Positions 39,883 to 46,361 of a DNA stretch of 46,361 bases are shown piece by piece. Each line of letters starts with the position of its first letter. The stretch's first letter is position 1. Source of the stretch: Lama guanicoe (taxonomy: Eukaryota); NCBI GenBank assembly GCA_013239625.1, contig MU054129.1:510536-556896 (forward strand). The letters are read 5' to 3'. The notes below the pieces were generated by a model, which saw nothing but the letters and a program-made list of their open reading frames with translations, made no database searches and was not told the origin of the DNA. Made by a program: the position numbers and the translations under genes.

Positions 39883-40804
39883 CTAGAACAGAATGGAAAT
39901 TGTCTGGAACATCTTTTTCACCAATTAAAAACTGAAAATTAAAATTAAAACTATACCTAACCATGAGATATTATATTACAGTTTTCTGTGTTTTACAAAG
40001 AGAACTTCTCTCTGGGAGAGACATACTAAGGTACTTCTGAATGAACTAACACATGATGGCAATCAGGGATTAGCTTCAAAATAATGGAAGCAGGAGATCA
40101 TGGATGGACAGTTTGGCCAGGAGCTGACAACTGCTGAAGTCAGGTAATGGGCACACGGAGGCTCATTACACTATAATCTCTACCTTTGTATCTGCTTGAA
40201 ATTTTCCACAATAAGAAGGCTTATTTGTTTTTAATTACACCAACTAAAAACTCCACTCAGTATCTTAGGGAATAAAGATTACATTAATAATCATAAGATA
40301 TTTCTTGCCGTTTAGTGAAAGCTACCCAAAACACTTACATCTAAACCATTATTTTTGAAATTTATCTTTATTTTGATTTCTAAAGCTTTTAAGAATCTCT
40401 TAAGTGAAGAAAAATGTTAAACCAAAATAAAATGTTAAGCCGTTTGTTCTTAAGTAACTTAAAAAACTAAAATCTCTGCTCGCTGGGGAAGCACCACCAT
40501 TGCAGCCATTTCTAATCTAAGCTATTTGACCCAAAGATGGCTTTCCACAAGGCTGAAATTAAACAAAGCAAAAAATGGCACTGAAAGAGTTCAAAGGCAA
40601 AATAAAACCACACATATATTTATTTTTCACGCTAGTTTTAAAATGGACATTGTATACCATGTGATTTGAAAGCTCAACAATGTCACATTAAATATACACT
40701 GAGGAGAATTTTGTTTCCAGTTATTCACACCCATCATTTCCACATTTCCAAGTCTTAAACTCAGTCCTAAATTTTTATACAGCATTAATAAAAAGAGAGA
40801 ACAC

Positions 40805-41232
40805 TGAGGGAGCTGGCCATCTGGCAGAAGGACTGATGGAAAAAGAACCCCAGTATGAGACAAAGTCAGCCTGAGACTGTGACAGATCAAGACAAAAACA
40901 AAACCACTCTAACACATCTGGTCACATCCAATCAAATCCAAACTACAATCCCCTCCTGGCGAGTATGACCGACTGCTTCCCTGCCCAACATGACCTCATC
41001 CTGACTCAGATATTTCTGTCCTCCAGGGAATGTTTATTAACACATCCATTCTTAGGATCACCCCAATTCCTTGAAATCTCCCCCAAATACCCAATGCGAA
41101 CCCATTAGACTTTGTCACACACACACTTATGGAGACACCGCATTCTCCACGGTGCATTCTCCCAAGTTGTAGGGACTTAATACACCTGACTGTCCAACAG
41201 CAGGCGTGCTCCTGGTCAAGAGGGCACTGACA
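40805..41232 (+). mobile_element. Solo LTR, MER34-like (ERV1)
   Basis: Ends ...caggcgtgctcctggt...gagggcactgaca; TG...CA termini; motifs recalled from MER34A. Confidence 0.6.
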
Positions 41233-41353
41233 AGCAGAAGGGCACTATTTTTATATCATAAGGTTTGCTTAATAATACTTCTTTATCCTGCCCTAGTTTA
41301 CATTAGTTGATGAGAAGCCAACACCCAGAGTTTTCCTACCTAGGTATCATGAC

Positions 41354-41478
41354 CTTTCACAACCCCCACACTTGGCTGAGTCACGGACCCCCCCACTTGT
41401 ATTTCGGTGTCATGACTGAGGCTTTCAAACCAACTTTACCACCAATCTTGATGTGACAAGAACTTGGTGGAGGACAGC
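41354..41478 (-). pseudogene. HERC2: HERC2 partial duplicate exon (PPPSS.HIKIG.KV..KASV.TPKYKWG), frameshifted
   Basis: tag|GCTGTCCTCCACCAAGT...GTTGTGAAAG|gtcat; G7 run after AAG T gives a +2 frameshift. Confidence 0.93.
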
Positions 41479-41566
41479 CTAGAGATTTCAATTAAAAAAT
41501 CAACTATAGTTAGCATTCATTTCTGGGAACTCTTAAGTCTACTTAAGAAGCAAAGAATGTTCTTAC

Positions 41567-41728
41567 CTATTAAGTTCCACGTGAATGTACCTAACCCAGG
41601 AAGTGCCTCCTTTCTGCTGCCAGTCACACTGCATACTGAGTCATGTAATCCATGTCTATCCAATTTGATAACTTTGCCCACATCTCCTTCACAAACTTCA
41701 TCTGTTCAACAGCATCTATCATTCCCAC
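41567..41728 (-). pseudogene. HERC2: HERC2 partial duplicate, CPH-domain exon (disabled)
   Basis: tag|GTG GGA ATG...CEGDVGKVIKLDRHGLH...QCDWQQKGGTSWVRYIHVEL|gtaag; in-frame TGA and several indels (162 bp vs 169 bp recalled for human). Confidence 0.93.
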
Positions 41729-41963
41729 CTAAAATTAAATTTAAAAACTCTAGTCCAGTGTATAAATGGGTGATCAATTTTAAATAGCATTATTCTATTC
41801 CTAAAGGAAGATTTCCTCTAGCACCCAGCATGATCTCAAAATCATTTCACAATATGTAGAACCAGGGCTCTTTCGATAACTGCCTGGCTTGATGTCAGGG
41901 GCAGGAAATACATGATGAACCTAGGTCAGCGTGTGCCATAAAGCAAGGGAGCAGTCAAAAATT

Positions 41964-43853
41964 TACTCCTCCACACAAAAACTACTAAGGCTGATACATG
42001 AATTTGGCAAGAAGCAGAATACAAGATTAACATACAGAAATCAGTTGCATTTCTTTATACTAAGAATAAAATATCAGAAAAGCAAAGTAAAATTTTAAAT
42101 TCTCTTTTAAAATCACATCAAAAACAAAAACAAAACTCAGGAATAAATCTGACCAAGGAGGCGAAAGACTTATACGTGGAGAACTAAAAAACACTGACTA
42201 AGGCATTTAAAAATGATTTAAAGAAACAGAAAGATATCCCATGCTCTTGGACTGGAACAACTGATATTGTTAATACGGCCACACTGCCCAAACCAATCTA
42301 CAGATTTAATGTGATCCCCATCAACCTACCCAGGACATTTTTCAAAGAATTACAACAAATTATCCTAAAACTTATATGGAATCACAAAAGACCAGAATTA
42401 CCATAGCATTACTAAGGAAAAAGAAATGAAGCTGGAGGAAAAACCCTCCCAGACTGCACACAACACTACACACCTACAGTCAAAACACCATGGTGTTGAA
42501 GCAAGAACAGACATATGGATCAATGCAACAGAACAGAGAGCCCAGATATAAACCCACAAACTTTTGGTCAATTAATCTTTGACAAAGGAGGCCAGAACAT
42601 ACAATGGAGTAAAGACAGTCTCTTCAGCAAATGGTGTAGGGAAAACTGGACAGCTGCATGTAAATCAATGAAATTAGACTACTCCCTCACACCACACACA
42701 GAAATCAATTCAAAATGGCTTAAAAACTTAAACATAAGACAAAACACTCTTAGAAGAAAACAGGCAAAACATCACCTGACATACATCTCAGCAATGTTCT
42801 CCTAGGGCAGTCTACCCAACCAATAAAAATAACAGCAAAAATAAACACACAAATGGGACCAAACTGAATTTATCAGCTCTTCCACAGCAAAGGAAACCTT
42901 AAGCAACTCAATGAAAACCTATACAATGGGAGAAAATATCTGTAAATGATTCAACCGACAAAGACTTCATTTCCAGAACATATACACAGCTCACAAAACT
43001 TAGTAACAAAAACAAACAACCTAATCAAAACATGGGCAGAAGACCTAAACAAGCATTTCTCCAATGAAGACTACAAATGGCCAATAGGCACATGAAAAAA
43101 TGCTGAATATCACTAATTACCAGAGAAACGCAAATCAAAACTGCAGTGAACTATCAATTCACACCAGTCAGAATGGCCATCACTCAAAAGTTCGTAAATC
43201 TAAATGCTGGAGAGGGTGTGGAGAAAAGGGAACCCTCTTACACTGCTGATGGGAATGTAGTTTGGTGTAGCCATTAGGCAGAACAGTTTGGAAATTCCCC
43301 ATAAAACTACAAATAGACTTAACCCTATTGATCCACCAATCTCACTTCTGGGTATATATCCAGAGGGAACTTCAATCTGAAAAGATACCTGCACCCCAGT
43401 ATTCACAGCACCACTACATGCTCAATAGACAACACATGGAAGCAACTTAAATGAAGCAACAGACAACTGGATAAAGAAGCTGCAGTGTGTTTACACAGTG
43501 GAATACTACTCTGCCATAGAAAAGGATAAAATGCCACTTGCAGCAACATGGATGGACCTAGAGATCATCATTTTAAGTGAAATGAGCCAGAAAGAGAAAG
43601 AAAAATACCGTATCGCTCATATGTGCACTCAAAAACAAAAGACGCTATGAAATCACCTACGAAACAGAAAGACTTGCACACTTAGTAAACAATCTTACGG
43701 CTACCAGGGAAAGAGGGTGAGAAGAGAGAAATCGTGAGGGAGTCTGAGATTTACAGACGTTAGCCACTATACATAATAGATTTTCCTGAAAAGGTTCTTC
43801 TGTATAGCACAGAAACCTGAGTTCAATATGTGGAAATAACCTATAATGTAAAA
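41964..43853 (+). mobile_element. Younger camelid-type L1, ORF2 3' half and 3'UTR, lacking terminus and polyA
   Basis: ORF 42515-42805 ([40 protein letters not shown]) is L1 ORF2; multiple stops elsewhere. Confidence 0.93.
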
Positions 43854-43979
43854 GCCATTACACCCACCAACTCAGGAAGCAAGAGAAGAAAGGAGAGTTA
43901 CCTACCTGGGCTACAGCCAGGTCCTCAGAAAGTCCTTGCCCACCGCTCATGCTGTCCCCTGACCTCACTGCATCCTCCT

Positions 43980-44337
43980 CCCAGGAGCAGATGGCATGAA
44001 GACATGTGTCCTGGGAACCTGCAGCAGCAGAGGCCGCCCCCAGAACAGCACACGGGGTAGATAGGAGCAAGTGCACTGGCTCCCAGGAGCACACTCGCTC
44101 CCCGCTGCCACCGCCGCCCCCGCTGTCCACGAATCCTAACCGCACCTCGCCAGGCTCCCAAGAGCAGCTTGACCTGTAACCTGCGTCCTGGGAACCTGTA
44201 GCACAAGAGGCCGCCCCCAGAACAGCACACGGGGTAGATAGGACAAAGTCGACTGGCTCCCAGGAGCACACTCCTCTTCACGCCGCCCCCTGCCGCCGCT
44301 ACAGCTCACCGCCGCACGCTGCCACCGCCTGCCGCTG
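43980..44337. repeat. GC-rich tandem repeat, two ~178-bp units
   Basis: cctgggaacctg...agaggccgcccccagaacagcacacggggtagatagga...actggctcccaggagcacactc near 44010 and 44188; a related unit near 45283. Confidence 0.85.
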
Positions 44338-45120
44338 CCCCGCACCCAGACAGCAAAGTCTCGCCTCCCAGGAGCAGACTGACCGCCAGACGCGCACCCC
44401 GCGAATATGGGGAAGCAGAGGCCGCCCCAGGCCGCGAGGGAATCGGTAACAAATCCAGGCGTTGGCACGCGCAGCCCCCATCCCACCGCAGGCCCGCAAC
44501 AGCACTGCACCCGCCTAGCCATAGCAGGCCATGACCTGAGGGCTGGTCGGAAGTGCTCCAGGCAGCGTCAGGCGCCCTCCCACCTCCCAGGGCTGCATTC
44601 ACTTCCTCAAACCCGGATACAAGCTGCAGGGAAGAAAGGAGGTTGAGGGAATACTAACTTTGGGGAGGGGCGCACCACGAACCACGGAGGCCGCCCGCAC
44701 TCGCCTCGGGGTCCTGACTGGCCGCGCGGTTGGGGCCTCACCCACGCACCCCCAACCGGTGAGCCTCTCCAAATGCGCAGCCCAGGCCCCAGCCGCCGGC
44801 TCCACGACCTGCACGACCCCACCAGCGCCCCCTTACCTGCCCGGCGGCGCGGCGGAGGTGACTACAGGCGGCAGCCCAGTCCCCAGACTGCCTTCTTCCT
44901 CGGGAGCCGCTGCAGGAGCGCCCAGCTTCCCCAAGCTCGGGGCAGTTCCGGCGTCTGCGCAGGCGCATCCGCGCGTGCGTGCGCGGACCCAAGGGCTGGG
45001 GCTCCTGCTGCCCGTGATGTGGCGAGTGGGGCCGAGCGGAACCGATCGGGCCTGGCGGGCCAAGCGCAGAAGGGCGGCGGGGCGGAGGGCAGGGCGGGGA
45101 AGTGGGTCGGGCGGGGCTGT
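44338..45120 (-). promoter_or_regulatory. CpG-island promoter/first-exon module, copy B
   Basis: Very CpG rich; donor CAG|gtaagg at 44835-44836; NRF1-type TGCGCAGGCGCA at 44956-44967; GGGCGG cluster at 45070-45118. Confidence 0.75.
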
Positions 45121-45318
45121 GGAGCCTGCCCACCCCGCTGCCCCTCCCACCGGGTCTCCATACCCAATGCCCCGAGTCCTGGGAACCTGCAGCAGCGTAA
45201 GCCGCCCCCAGAAAGGGCGGGGCTTGGAGCCTGCCCACCCCGCTGCCCCTCCCACCGGGTCTCCATACCCAATGCCCCGAGTCCTGGGAACCTGCAGCAG
45301 CGTAAGCCGCCCCCAGAA
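45121..45318. repeat. Near-perfect 105-bp tandem duplication
   Basis: ggagcctgcccaccccgctg...gccgcccccagaa at 45121 and 45226; the peptide is duplicated in the ORF track. Confidence 0.95.
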
Positions 45319-45444
45319 CAGCACACGGGGTAGATACGACCAAGTTGGCTGGCTCCCAGAAGCATCTCCTCTCCACGCCGCCGCCGCCGCCCGCCCCTCC
45401 TCGCCGCTGCTCCCCGCCCGCCTCCCGCCTCCGTCCGCCGCCGT

Positions 45445-46361
45445 CCCCGCACCCTGACAGCAAAGCCTCGCCTCCCAGGAGCAGACTGACCGCCAGACGT
45501 GCACCCCGTGACATGGGGAAGCAGAGGCCGCCCCAGGCCGCGGGGGAATCGGTAACAAATCCAGGAGTTCGCACGCACAGCCCCCATCCCACCGCAGCCC
45601 CGCGACAGCACCACACACGCCTCGAGGGAGCAGGCCATGGCCTGAGGGCAAGTCGGTGTTCCCTGGCCGTCTGGTGCCCTCCCATCTACAGGAACGGCAC
45701 CCGCTTCCCCCCGGGTATAAGCGGCACGAAGAGGCGGCGTTCACGGACTACTACCGTGGTGGGGAGTGGGCACCACGAACCACGCGGTGGCCCCGACCCA
45801 CCTCAAGGTCCTAATGGGTCGCGAGGCCCGGGCCTCACCTACGCACCACCGCTACCCTCTCCAACTGCGCAGCCCGGGCTTCACCCGCCGGCTCCCGACC
45901 TGCGCACCCCCACCAGCGCCCCCTTACCCGCTCAGCGGCGGCAGCGGAGGTGGTGGCAAGCACCAACTCCTCTGGGAGTTGGTCCGGGAGCGCTCGGCTC
46001 CCGCCCAACATTCACAAGCTCTGAGCGGGTCCAGGTCGGCGAGTCTGTGCGTCCGCGCAGCGCGCTACTCCTCTTCCCGCCCGCACGACGGACGCTCAGG
46101 CTGGAACTCCCAATGCTGGGGACGTGGGGACTGGTGCAAGGCTGGTGGGGCAGGGCCTGGCGGTGGGGCGAGCAGGCCCACCCCCTTAACCGCCCCACCG
46201 GGTCTCTATCCCTTAACATCCCCATCCGGTCACCCACCGGTCCTGGCACCCAACCAGAACCACGACTGGCCTCGGGCCAGGCCACACCCCCTAGCCCCAC
46301 TCCCCCTGCTCGCCTTCCTTCCCAACCCCATTACTGCCCCCCACCCCCAGCCAAGACCCCA
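45445..46361 (-). promoter_or_regulatory. CpG-island promoter/first-exon module, copy C (runs to the window edge)
   Basis: Repeats copy B at ~1.1 kb offset (gacagcaaag.ctcgcctcccaggagcagactgaccgccagacg); donor CGG|gtaagg at 45926-45927; tail matches 24190-24370. Confidence 0.72.

Noticed and set aside
34025..41728. Functional HERC2 gene
   Set aside because: Premature stops, frameshifts, lost splice sites and no flanking exons found
42515..42805. Protein-coding gene or active retrotransposon
   Set aside because: Fragment of L1 ORF2 in a truncated element with stops and frameshifts
44660..45744. Overlapping 186-315 aa ORFs on both strands
   Set aside because: Stop-poor GC-rich repeat DNA; low-complexity G/A/P/R peptides; frames not conserved between module copies

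Overview
Mammalian genomic DNA, almost certainly camelid (two vic-1-type tRNA-derived SINEs, camelid-type L1 3' ends). It is not prokaryotic and has no CRISPR or RNA genes. The window looks like a segmental-duplication mosaic in which every gene piece lies on the minus strand. From right to left: (1) two tandem copies of a ~1.1 kb CpG-island module with NRF1/GC-box motifs and a strong splice donor (43.9-46.4 kb); (2) seven consecutive exons of an unprocessed HERC2 partial pseudogene (CPH-ZZ-DOC region, 34.0-41.7 kb); (3) an unassigned exon-like pair (27.8-28.4 kb); (4) a third, diverged copy of the CpG module (23.4-24.4 kb); (5) four exons of an unprocessed VPS8 partial pseudogene plus a second independent copy of one exon (8.4-20.6 kb); (6) the first three, frame-intact coding exons of an ANKRD26/POTE-family ankyrin-repeat gene (3.2-4.5 kb) that runs off the left edge. 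The rest is mostly L1 (nearly all antisense to the gene pieces), L2, LTR and DNA-transposon relics. Gene identities come from my hand translation of exons and my recollection of the human proteins, not from a database search. Repeat boundaries are approximate.
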